Assembly (NCBI GenBank): GCA_046563655.1
Contig: CM102289.1
Location: 930,001-994,000 of the forward strand
Length of the DNA: 64,000 nt
Reading direction: 5' to 3'
Origin: Yuukianura sp. NJ FZ-2021
Taxonomy: Eukaryota
Shown: piece by piece, positions 52,435 to 64,000 of the stretch
How positions within the stretch are numbered: the stretch's first letter is position 1
Layout: every line of letters starts with the position of its first letter
Made by a program: the position numbers and the translations under genes
The notes under the pieces: model-generated
What the model was told of the DNA's origin: nothing
The model's database searches: none
The model's input: only the letters and a program-made list of their open reading frames with translations

Positions 52435-53271
52435 AAAAGCTACAAAAATTTAAACTTCTGAAACGTTCTGTATACTTACTCCTCTACTCGCTAAGTAACC
52501 AAGAAATTGTTAGATTTTAATAAACTTTTAAAAAAATTTTGAAAACTGAAATGCTGGACTTTGACGTTTGACGTTTAGCTTTTAACGTCGTCGCGGATTG
52601 TACAAAATCGAAATTTCAATGGAAATAATAAATTCCAAACCGCATCATGTGCTAGAGTTTGTGCAGCAACAACACATTCCACAGTTTCTATAAACAGCAT
52701 CATGTGCTGTAATGATTATTCAAAAATTTGCACTTGCAGAGTGCGTCGTCATAAAAACCACTTGACTCCAACTGCTACAAAAATTTAGTTTTTGGGTAAA
52801 ATTTCTGAAATTTTGACATCGGATCGGATGAGCCAAGTAGAAAAATTTAATCATGGATTTAGCTTTTAGTCTGCAAAAAACAACAACATCATGTGAGCAA
52901 AAAATTAAATTGTGCAGTGGATTTATAACAAAAGAATTTTCACCTTGGATGACAATTAGGCGTAAAATGTTTCAGAAGTCATGTGAGTCCTACTACACTA
53001 GAGTACTATGAGTTACGTTTAAAGTCTATAGTACTTTTTAGTCTATTGTCACACTTTTTAGTCCAACACCTATCTTATCTGAGCTTCATATGCCACCAGG
53101 AGGTGAGGAAATGATGATGATGATGACGGCGGGGGAAACCAACAAAGTCACTAGGACACAAATTCTTCAGAAAGAAACACTCAGATTTCATTTCCAAGTT
53201 TTAGGTTTTAGTCAAAAAAAAAATTTTTTTTTAGCAAATTTCAAATTCTGAATCAAATTTTTTTTTTCAAA

Positions 53272-54176
53272 ATGTCTCACCAGCCACGCTACAGACTGAC
53301 GTATTTCAACGCCAGAGGACTAGGTAAAATTACATTCAAATTTTGAAAACTTTGAAAGTAAATTTTCCTTGGCAGAAAATTTTTTCAGTGACGCTTTTGT
53401 GTGAAGTATGTAGAGGAGTAGAGCATTTGCACTAAAATTTAATATATAGTTTGCAAAAGTTTTGGACATTTCAAACAAAATTTTTGAAGAAGTATTTTGA
53501 ATTTTAGCGGAACCAATCAGAATGATGTTCGCGTATGCTGGCGTTGAGTACGAAGATATCCGGATTCCTGTACAAAAATTCACTGATGAATACATTAACA
53601 GTAAATTCAAAAATACCAACAAACTCAATTTTACTTTTCGATTTTCAACTAAAATTTCAATTTTGAATTTCAGCAATTAGAAAACAGTATTTCTCTCTGC
53701 CTATACTGGAAGTAGATGGCGTTGCTTTCACACAACCCTTTGCCATTATCAGCTACTTGGCCAGAAAATTTGGTTTGTCCGGTGAAACGGAACTCGATTA
53801 CTTCCGAATTCACGAGTGCAGTGAACAATTTCGTGAGTTTTTCTACAAATGGCTTCTGTTGTTTTACGATTCCACTTCAGAAGATCGAAAACAAAAGCTA
53901 AAACAAAAACTACTGGAAGTCGACACGCCCAAAATCATGTCCACTTACAACGATTTTCTAGTCAAAAACAATAAAGCTGGGAGTGCATGGATGTTTGGAC
54001 ACCGTATGACTTATGCCGACATCTGCATTGCTCACTTTATTCAAAATTTTCAAATGAGCACTGCTCATGTCGACATAGCTGCAGGTTTTCCCGCTTTTAA
54101 AGAAATGAGTAATCGCGTATTTGAACAACCTGGAATTAAGGAATGGCTAGCAAAAAGACCAGACTCTGTTTTCTAA
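53272..54176 (+). CDS. Glutathione S-transferase, sigma-class-like (copy 2)
   Basis: Exons 53272-53323, 53508-53600, 53674-54176. [60 protein letters not shown]. Same intron positions as copy 1. Confidence 0.94.
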
Positions 54177-57100
54177 AAAACGAAAACCACAAAAATCGAA
54201 CGTAAAAACTCAGCTAACTTTTAATAAAAATTTGTAACTTACGGAAATAAATTAAAGTAATAAGAAAATTGAAAATACGCAAGTTTAAGTGTAAGTTGTG
54301 TAAGCACACACGGTTGCCGCTAAATGACAACCAAGGTTTGTGGATAAAAAAAAATATTTTTTTCTTCAACAGGTTGAGCAAAAACTCGTAACTTTTTAAA
54401 TTTTGTTAAAAAATTAAAAAAAATTTGGTTCACGTTCTTTTCTATGGCAATGGTTTTTATGAGATTCAATGGGATTGGATGAAAAGTGGCCAAAAAAGGT
54501 TTTTGTTTGGGCGAGCGAGAAAAAAAGTGAGAAACCGTACCTATTGCCTAACCTGTTAAAAAAAACTATTTCGCTGCTCTAGGAACCTTGATGACAACAA
54601 ACTCAAGAATCCAATTTCCTTAACATAACCACGTGAATACAACCAATTTTACGCTAACTAGAACAAAAAACCAAGGTTATGGAGAGCACAGAAGTTGATA
54701 ATGTAAGTGGAGCTTGTGTCCAAGGGAACAGGAAGGGCCTGGGGGGCCCTTAAGGACAAACGGAAGAAAGAAGAAGAAAAGAAAGGATGTTCTTTGATGT
54801 CAAATCCAATTGAAGGAGTTGCTTTCTCTGCCTCCGCACTTCCTTTGGTCCCATCAGCAAAATCTTACAATCAAATTATGATTTTACTCTAACGAGATCA
54901 GTTCCGTCATCTGTCAGTTCCCATCATCAGTTTCCGCAGGGAACTTCAAATCCACTCCTCTTAGTTTCTTTAACATAGTTAAACATAGGTTCTTAATTAT
55001 AAAAGTATTAAGAGAGAGAGCATGGTTTTGATAAACAACTTTCCAAAATGTTAGGGTAAGTAAATGTTCAGCTTCAAATTTTGAAAACTACTTCTGTAAA
55101 TTTTTTTTTGTTCAAAGTTTTCTGTTTTCAGTACAAGCTTACATGCAGAAAGTTTCGAAAATCAAAGTAAGTCATTCAAGTCAAAAGTTTTGAAAAGCGG
55201 GAAAACCAGAAATCGGATTTTCTCACTTTGACTTTCACTTTTCTTTGTTTTCTCCTCACGCTTCACCGACCATTAATTTGAGCCAGCTTTAAAACACTAA
55301 ATTGTAGATTTTGTGTTTTGAATTTTTAAACTATTTTTTAACTTTTTGAATTTATACTGTCATGTTTGGCCAAGAAATACGCAGATTTTTGAAATTTCCC
55401 TTGAGGTCTATGTCTCTCATTTCAGTCTGTTCTGACATCTTGCTCTTCTCTTACTCTCGGAATGAATTAAATTCAAAATTGGTGGAAAAACTTTGTTTTG
55501 TGTATAAATTTCGTTTGTGTAGAGGAAAAGAGTGAAAGTACACGCAGTGACGTGGTTTAGGGAACGCAAGGGAGAACACACGAGCTATCAGGCACTGCCC
55601 TAATGAATACCAATTGGAAAAGTTTTTAATGGACTTTCTCCCAAAAACTAATTTCTGTTCATCACCACTCCCAAGCTCCACCGCCTCCTTGACTAATTTT
55701 ATGCACAAAACATACAATCACTCATTCCCTACACTTTTTTTTTAAAAACTAACATCAAACAGAAAAAAACTAACATTTTCTAACCCAAAGAGAATAATGA
55801 GAAACCTCACGCAATTTAAAACAAAGAAAAAGAAAGAAATTTAACGCAAAAAATTCTTAACATTCGCCAACAATTTAATTTCTCAAATTTCTCTCTTTAG
55901 AATTTCTCTCAAATTTTTCTCTCTCAAACTTATTTTTCTCAAATTTAAAATTTTGTAAATTTTTTTAACTTACAATTTTTTTATGAATTTAAATTTTTGT
56001 AATTTTATGTTATGGTATGTTTACATTAGGTGAGTATGAGAGGAATGTCTAAATTGGAGTTGGTGCTCTTGAGTTGTTACTTAAATTAGAGAAAACCACG
56101 AAATACTTAAAACACCAAACCACAAACAAATTACATCAAAGGAGCGGCGTTTCCCGCGTGTTTTGAATAGTTAAGCAGTCGAGAAGCGTTTTGCTGTGGT
56201 TGCTTTTTGTGTGTCTATCTCTCAGCCTTGTTCAAATTATGATCAAAGGAGCTGTTCTGGTATCTCCTAAATAGTCCTTCAGTTGATTATGACATGGAAA
56301 AGAGAGAGAGGCACTTCTGTGTAGTTACTCCCTCCAGTTTCACTTTCACTTTTACAACCAATTCCTTCTCTTTTTACAAACTAAGATTTTGAGAGACTCG
56401 GGGGGATTTGGATTTGAGGAAGTGGAGCAAAGGAAGGTTGAAGGGATTAAAAGATTTCAAACTCCCGCCATTTATTTTTGAACGGCAAACTAGACATTCC
56501 TTTTGCATACCATAACCCATCTTTTGCTAACATAGGCAAAACAGGCAAAAAGTAGACAAATACGTCAAAGAACAGGCAAAAATGTAGTCAGAAACAGGCA
56601 AAATGTGGGCAAAACAGAAACTGTGTCAAAAACAGAAGGTCACGTGAATTTCTAACTTTCCATTCCTTTTGCATTCCCTAACCCCACATTTCCTAAAAAT
56701 ATCCAAAAACAAGCAAAAAGTAGGCAAAAACGTCAAAAAAGCAGAAAGTCTCAAGGTCAAAAAAATTTTCAAGGTCAGCTTGACTTTTTTTTGTGATTTT
56801 AGTTTGAGTTAGAAGACAAAAAAGTTAGACAGTGACAAAAATAAAGTGAGAAAAAGAACAATTTGATGAAAAAAGGAAGTTGTCAAAATTTTGATTGTGA
56901 GGGACAGTGGAAATTGTTTGCAATCAGAGTGAAATTGTGTCTTAGGTTATGCGATGAGTGTCCAGGGTGTGGTTAGAGCGGATGTGACTGAGAGAAGAGA
57001 AAGTCCCAGTGAAAGTTAGGCTAGCAGAGTAGGTTTCGTTAGGTTAAGGCTAGGCTAGGAGAGTACGTTAGGTTAGGCTATGTGTGGGCAGTGGATGATA

Positions 57101-60100
57101 GGAGTGTGTTGGAAATAAGATTGTGACCTGTCTTCGGAGGTTGTGAATGTATTGGTGACCTGGGTCCAATCTCCACACAATTTTGTCCTTCCCTCTGCTT
57201 TCTGATCCTATTTGAGTCGTTTGTCAGCGGATGAAGTTCATTCCGTGTTAAATCACACCCTCCCCCCTCCAAGTCCCCAAGGGGCTCTCAACGGAAACAA
57301 TCTTTTCACCAACACCTAACTAGCCCACAGTCACGCTCACTTTCTCTTTCTTCCTCTTTTCGGCTCCAAAGTAAGCTCAAACTTCTTGTTTCAACGTTAA
57401 ATTTGTCGGTATTTGGTCAATACCAATTAAACTTTCTCGTCTCACGTAACTTTTTAAGGTAAATTTAAGAAAAAGTTAATCAAAAACTTTTTTGAAACAA
57501 AGTTTCTAGACCAATTTCAAATTTGTTTAACCTAACATTATCAAGCAAGCCACACACTTGAGTATGTTAATCTAAAGTTCCTTTAACTAACGAAAAACTA
57601 GTTTGAACTTATCGTAAGATAAGTTCAAACTAACGTTATGCAACTCGACTTGCATTTGTAATTTGATGGCAACGTTTCTGTTAATATCAAACTGAAAGAG
57701 TTTTAGTAACGAGTTGTGAAAAACAGTTTTAAAAACTTAAGATAAGGGAAAATTTGTTCGTTCGGCGTATGCCTTGCCTTTGTAACTTGGAATTTTCAAA
57801 AAACGAAAGTCAAGCAGTTGACATTTTTGAAATTTTTTTTTAAAAATTGGCTGTCGAGGATCCGACCACTTTGAATAAAGTTTTGAATTTCAGCTGAACT
57901 GTTTGACTTCGGAGAAAGTTTTCCGTTTTTTGTCAAAGTTTTTTCTTCTTTTTTTCACTATTTTTTGTGATGGGAATTTTTCGAAAGTGATCTCGTCTAA
58001 ATTTTCCCGTTGATCGCTTTCACCTTGCTCCCGTTTTGCACAATGTCTCATCAAAATTGAGCGGTTTCTAGCAAACTTTCTTTTCATATCCAGCTTGTCA
58101 CTCCCAACCTCATAAGAATATGAAAATTAACTAGAAACTTTTCCCGCCATTTTCAAAAAAAGTTCAATAAACTATGATTCTAAAAAGCTAACAACACTAT
58201 TTCAGAAACGTCTTTTGAAAGTAGAAAAAAACTATTTCAGTGATGTTTTTCATCGCGTTTTTTTAACTTAAAAGACGTGCAACTTAAAAAAAGTTTTGGA
58301 AGTTTTTTTTTTGTAAAAGGAAAGCAAAGGGCGCGTCTATTGTCAGAATACAGAAAATGGAAGCTGAATGCCAACGCAAATGAAAAGAACATCCAACCAC
58401 TTTCCGAAATTGAAATCCTTCATTTCAAAAAAAAAAACTTTCACCTAAATTTTAACTTTCCGATCTTCATAAAATCTCCTTTTCTAAAATTCCATTTGAG
58501 TTCGATCAAACTTTTTGAACACTATTTTAAACGGAAACCAAGAATTCAATGTTGGATTTTTTAATTCTCCCGTTTTTTTTTTGAAATGTGAAAATAATTG
58601 GCGCTTTTCTCTTGAAACTGCGTTTTAGTGAAATTAAAAACAGAAATTTGGCAAGTAAACAGTAGATGATGGATCATAGTATTATTTGAGTGCGTCGAAG
58701 TGTGAGTATGTTGTTGAAAATTTGAAATTTGGAAAGTGGAAGTGGAGAGACGTGAATTGTATTGTCTTTTGAATGGCCCTTGAAAGCCCTTGTTGTGGTG
58801 ATGGTGAGATGTCGGGTGCCATTAGGGATTAAATTAGTGAAATTATCATTAGCATCATCCCTACTCAACAGAGCACAAACCTAACCTTATGCCTAACATA
58901 ACCAAATGACTAACCTAACAAATTCTGGTTCAAACCATTTACACTCAAACCAGACTCTTCACCACCTTCGAAATGATCACACAACGCTCAGAAGTCTGAA
59001 ATTTTGGCGGGAGAAAGTGCCAAGAGAAAGTTGAAATGAAAAAAGCTCCAAAAATTTCCCAAATTTTAAATTTTTGAAAACGTTCAAAACACAGAATTTC
59101 TGAAATTTCAGAAATGAAACAACTAGACTATTATTTTTGAATATTTTACTTTCTTCTAACTTTTCACTTTTACTCCGTAAAAACCATTTTTTATTGAATT
59201 GAAGAAAGGATCAGTGTGTTGTGTAAATATTCAAGACAATTGTGTTTTTGAAGTGCGGAGAGAAGCGTCTAAGAGACAAGATGGATGAACAAATTGATAA
59301 ATACGATAACCTAACGTGAAACTGAACCTAGCCTAACTTCCTCTGAAACCTAACCACTTTTGAGCTAACCCTCTTTGGTATTCTGCACACTCCGCTCTAA
59401 CTTCTTTTACATTTGGAACTTTTCCAAAAGTCTTCCATGTTCGATACGCATCTCTGCACCTATCCGATCCATGCAATACGATACACATCAACAGAGATCA
59501 AGTGACTCTCAACTCCCGCCAACACTTTTTCAAAACCCAAAAGTCAAAGGTCAACGGCCTTTCACTATTCAAAACCCAAAGGTCAATGGCCTTACTTTTG
59601 TATCGGGTCAACGTAACCCAAGAAACTAATTTTTACAAAGACGTAAACATAATTTCTTTTTAAATTTCGTCTGAAAAATTTTGCTTATTTTGCTTAGTTT
59701 TGACTTAAATTTATGCTTGATGTTGCGCAGTATGTTAAAGATGGATTGAAAATTTTTTTGTTATGTTAGTTTTTGAAAATTATTCAAAAATTTATAAGTT
59801 ATTTTTTTGTTAGGTTAGTAACATTAACTTATGTTTTGAGATTGTGTACGGGAGTGGAAATGATTAGGGTAAGATTCGATTGTCGTTCCAATTCGTAGAT
59901 TTTTAATCACCTTTCTTCCGCCTACGTTAAGTTAGGTTCCTTTTCACTTCAAATTTCCACTTGGCTTTCCCCGCTCTTTTCTCCTGCGAGGGAAAGTTTG
60001 AAGTTGGGAAGTTCCTTTTCATTGTGCAAACTTCACTCTTTCTTGTGACTTCCAATGAAAGATTCTCCATTAATCAAAATTGAAAGCATCTTCCCCCTCT

Positions 60101-60334
60101 CTCTGTGGAGGGAAAGTTTAAAAAGGAAAACAGACAGCCTCTTTTGTTTTATTCTCAGCTCCTCACAAAAACTCAAATTCAAACTGACAAAAAGTGACAA
60201 AAGCAGTTTACTCTTGAAATTGAAAAGTTATGCAAGGTGTTGCTCACAAAACGAAAAAGAGGAGGTTAACTACCTATTCTAAACTAAGCTAACAGAAAAA
60301 ATGAAAAAAAAGTTTAAAATTTGTGTTTTTTTTT

Positions 60335-60786
60335 TCAAAAAAGTTGAGTTTCGATTAATTTTGGCTCTGGCTTGTGCCAGTGACACCAGCAGTTGCTGCT
60401 GTAGCTGTAGCGATCCCAGGAATTGTAGCCAGAGCAGCCATAGAATCGTGACATGCATGACACAGAACAATCCCCTGGAGATAAAGCTCCCACTGCACAA
60501 AAAAACAAACTTTCATTTTTTAAAAACGTTTCATTTCAAATTCTCATTTTTTGAAAATGAAAATTAAAAACTGACCTTTGACCCAGCACTTCCCATCTGT
60601 AAAACTCGTTTCGTATGGCGGAGTGAACGAATCACCGCATCTTGCACACTCTTCTGCTGTTCCTGGATGCTCGCAGTACGAATTCCAGCATTTGCACATG
60701 CAATTTGCAAGTTGCTTTGTGGTGGCACAGGAGTATTGAATCCACAAAATTGCAAAAACGAACAACAAAACTACCACTCTTCGCAT
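60335..60786 (-). CDS. Secreted cysteine-rich protein, 122 aa (12 Cys in the predicted mature part)
   Basis: Exons 60786-60576 and 60492-60335, phase-1 GT-AG intron. Signal MRRVVVLLFVFAILWIQYSCA. Second exon reads VGALSPGDCSVSCMSRFYGCSGYNSWDRYSYSSNCWCHWHKPEPKLIETQLF*. Confidence 0.8.
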
Positions 60787-61491
60787 AGTTTTTAAAAACC
60801 AATTTTGAGTTCAAAAACAAATTCAAATTTTAAAAACAAAATTGAAAAGTGAACCTGGATCCACTAGTTAATCCAGGATAGTCCTGCTTTTGTTCCAAAC
60901 GAATAACAAAGTGAAGTGTGACGTGACAAAAACTTATACAACAGCATTTTTGTTTTTTGAAAAACAGGTTTTTTGAAAAGTCGAGGACTTTGTAACATAG
61001 AGGCTTTAGAACATGAAGGTATTTGTATAAAAAAAAAACTCTGAGGTCGGTGCTCTTGACCATGACCTAGATTCTGAACTTTTTTTTTGTTTAAAAAAAC
61101 TCATTCTTGAAATCATTTCAGGAAGAAAACCAAATTGAGGCAATTTTGCTTTTTACTGAAATGGAAAAGTTCATCTCATTTTACACCTTTACAGTTTTTA
61201 GTTTTTAACGTCGTTTTTTTACTAGAAGGTTAAGTTTTGATAATGAAAATATGGTTCCTTTTTACATCTGAATTTTAGTTGCTATTGTTCAAACAGAAAA
61301 CAATGCCAAGTGATGAGTCACGTGGTTTTTAATTGCTAAATACTTTTGAACTGAATCGCTTGTCCTCTCTACCAGATTATTCATAAAGTTGCTACTCTGC
61401 AAGCACCTTCAGTATCAACTTGTGCTATTTTTGGATTTTCCCTAATACAATTTCAGAAATTTCAATTTTTTCAACAAGTTTTGAACTGGAG

Positions 61492-61670
61492 ATGCTTTGT
61501 TCGTTAGCCCTGGTAACCATCGTAGTGGTAACCATCGTGATGGTTACGGCTAGTGGAGAGCGTAACTATGTAATTTCGTCTCCAAGGGTAACCAACTGGG
61601 GGGACTGGGGGGTCGTTGAGCGTTGTCCGCCAGGATTGTTTGTCAACGGAATGCAACTGAAAGTGGAGCC
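61492..61670 (+). pseudogene. Vitelline membrane outer layer protein 1 (VMO-I)-like 5' part; remainder absent from the window
   Basis: Signal peptide followed by ISSPRVTNWGDWGVVERCPPGLFVNGMQLKVEP (WGxW..CP.G....F.LKVE motif). Similarity stops abruptly and the expected DDTALN motif was not found downstream. Confidence 0.75.
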
Positions 61671-64000
61671 CTTTTTCAGGCAACAGTACATTAGCATTTA
61701 TCCGATTATGCCTAGGTAATGCGAGACTTCACTGTTCGTTGCAGCTGCTACAATGAGGGAAGTTAAACCTGAAGTCAACCGTTTACAATTTAAAACACTC
61801 ACTTTCCTCACTCCTTTTCTCTTTTTTTAGTAAACTCCACTTCTCTTCCTCCAACTGACTTACCTCTCAGAACAGTCAACGGTTATAAACCCAAGGAAAG
61901 TCTTAGCAATAACTGTTTATTTATAATTCTTAATTAAAACTCACCTATCCCTTTACCCTTTGTAAAAAAAAACAAATCTCTTGTTCTCTCCTCTTGACGT
62001 TTACTTCTCTCTGTTGTTTTGCAGAAATTTTGCAGCAGAGGATCATCTTCGTTCCTTTGTCGTCGACAGTCCCATCTTCGATAGTTTCCCGAGAAAGTCA
62101 TAGTTTGTACTGCCAAGTTCCACAATCCGAGGACTTTCACCAGCACCCAGAGGAGATTGCAGAAAAAAGGCACCGTCTCCTCATGAACCAACAACACTGT
62201 TTTTAGTATCAATTACCATTAACTCACTTTTCATCTCTTGTGTACTCTCTAGTGCTGTTATCGTGTCATCCATCGCCCAATACCGTCTCAATTTAAGTAT
62301 CGTAGTCAGAGGATTTCATTCTGGACTGGGATTGGTCTATTCTTGGAGGAACATCGGATCGGAATAAACGTTTCACTTTCGTCGATTACTTTCGTTGTCT
62401 GCTGGAGTGTGGATGTGAATGCAGCATTGCACTGCGGATATCCGACGCGGAGTGACCCACTGACCTCATTCTCTTGGATCTCAGAAAGGCAGCTACTTGG
62501 TGGACATTGTCGTCACTCACTTTTCAACAGTACTTGTACTACTGACTTTGAGTGGTTTATGAACAACAACTCTTACTCTTGTTTGGACTGCAGCAGAGTT
62601 AACGTTATTCCCAACTCCCGAGTCTCGTCGTGGTTCAGGAATTCCCTGTTTGTTCCTTAATCGTTGGTTTTTAATACGGATTCAAGCTTACCGGACTTCT
62701 GCAACTCCTCGACGGCGGTGTGCCCGTGTGCCTGAGCGGAAACAGGGTGAGTAATCAATCAATGATGACTAAAATAACTAAATAATCAGCTGTATCTAAA
62801 TGAATTAGTTTTAGTTAATCGTAACATCGCGCCATGAGAAGTGACAGGGATTATAACGATACAAGAATACCGGTTTGTATCCGAATTGTGAAGTACATTC
62901 ACTCCGACAGTGTTTGTTATGAAATGGGACGTATGTTATTTTTATGATAAACAAAACGGAAGATTCTCCACGTTTCAGAGTTCCTGTGTATCTACATCAT
63001 TTGAAATGAAAAAGTTGACTACCGTTGAGGTTCATCCTCTGTCATGTCACTGGCAGTGTCACAGTCAATTAAGGTCTAAACATTCTCAAAAAAGCTAATT
63101 AACTTCATGATTAGCATTAGTTGCTACATCCGGTCCAAACATGAAAAAAAAACTACAAACAAACGAATCTTCATTCACTTTCTCAGTTTCTAATTTGATA
63201 CTCCACCTTTTCATATAATTTTCGCATTTAGTTTGACTTTTTAGGACGTTTTGTTGGCATTTCCCTAACTTTTTTTGAATTTCAAATTAGAAATGTCATT
63301 GGAATTCAAAGGACACGACTTAAGTGTCGTAAATTTTAATTTGAAGTGGCAATTAATATCTTTTTCGTAAGCATTTGTGGACAACCTCTACAGACTTCTG
63401 CAAACTTTCATAACGTTTTAACACATTTCTGTTCGTGTCGTAACTTTTAAAGTGTTTTTCACAGCAATAATTTTAACTCGTAGTTTAGCATGATTTGTAA
63501 AGTTCGCAAGTTGCTGCCAATGATTTGTTGCGTCTTGCGTGTGAACTGAGTTAATTCTCATGAAGTGCAAGAAGTAATTGCCTTTTTGCATTTGCTTACC
63601 GTATTTCCTGGCATATAGTACGCGTAAAATTTTAAGAGTTTGCGTAGAGTACAGGTCATGGAATGTAATTCCGGTTTTCCGTTTTGTTTACCGTCTTTCC
63701 TCGCATAACTTTAGGTTTGCTAAAGACGAAATGAGGATTTGAGGATTTGGCCAATTAAAAGCCTAAATGACATCAGTAGCTGACTTCCGTGTATACTTTA
63801 AATCTAAATTCATGTCATTCAGTTTATTGTGAGTGCCAAAATGAACAAGGAACGAGTCACACTCACAATCGTCCGTCATTGAGGTGAATTTTTTTGACGA
63901 TGGCATGGCTGTTGATTCGTAATTGTTTGGCTAAAGTGTACACATAGTTTTGGGTTAAATGAGTAAATATGTTACATACACTAAAAACGTAGTCAAAAGA

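Noticed and set aside
57016..57078. Degenerate TTAGG repeats (telomere-like)
   Set aside because: Short and irregular. Similar aacct/aggtt runs are scattered through TE-derived DNA in this window.

Overview
Eukaryotic, AT-rich arthropod genomic DNA with many short (about 50-100 nt) GT-AG introns. A springtail-like hexapod is plausible, but that is inference. Bases 1-9840 are a 127/128-bp satellite array with higher-order structure, interrupted twice by a ~500-bp insert carrying a 21-bp minisatellite. Immediately downstream lie a KDM4/5-like JmjC pseudogene, an intact 7-exon BEN-like gene, a divergent MITD1-like gene and a long coiled-coil gene built from repeated exons. Next come a small prepropeptide gene, a tandem pair of secreted beta/gamma-crystallin-like genes, a Merlin transposase relic, AP-3 mu (AP3M) and a DIP-beta-like Ig gene. 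The remainder holds an apparently intact Spy-type (PHIS) DNA transposon sitting in AAA|TTT without a TSD, two sigma-class GSTs with altered G-site motifs, a 12-Cys secreted protein and a truncated VMO-I gene. Several non-autonomous elements are also present (Helentron/DINE-1-like, MULE-like and Harbinger-like MITEs). All gene models were spliced by hand, and family calls come from motif recognition, not database searches.
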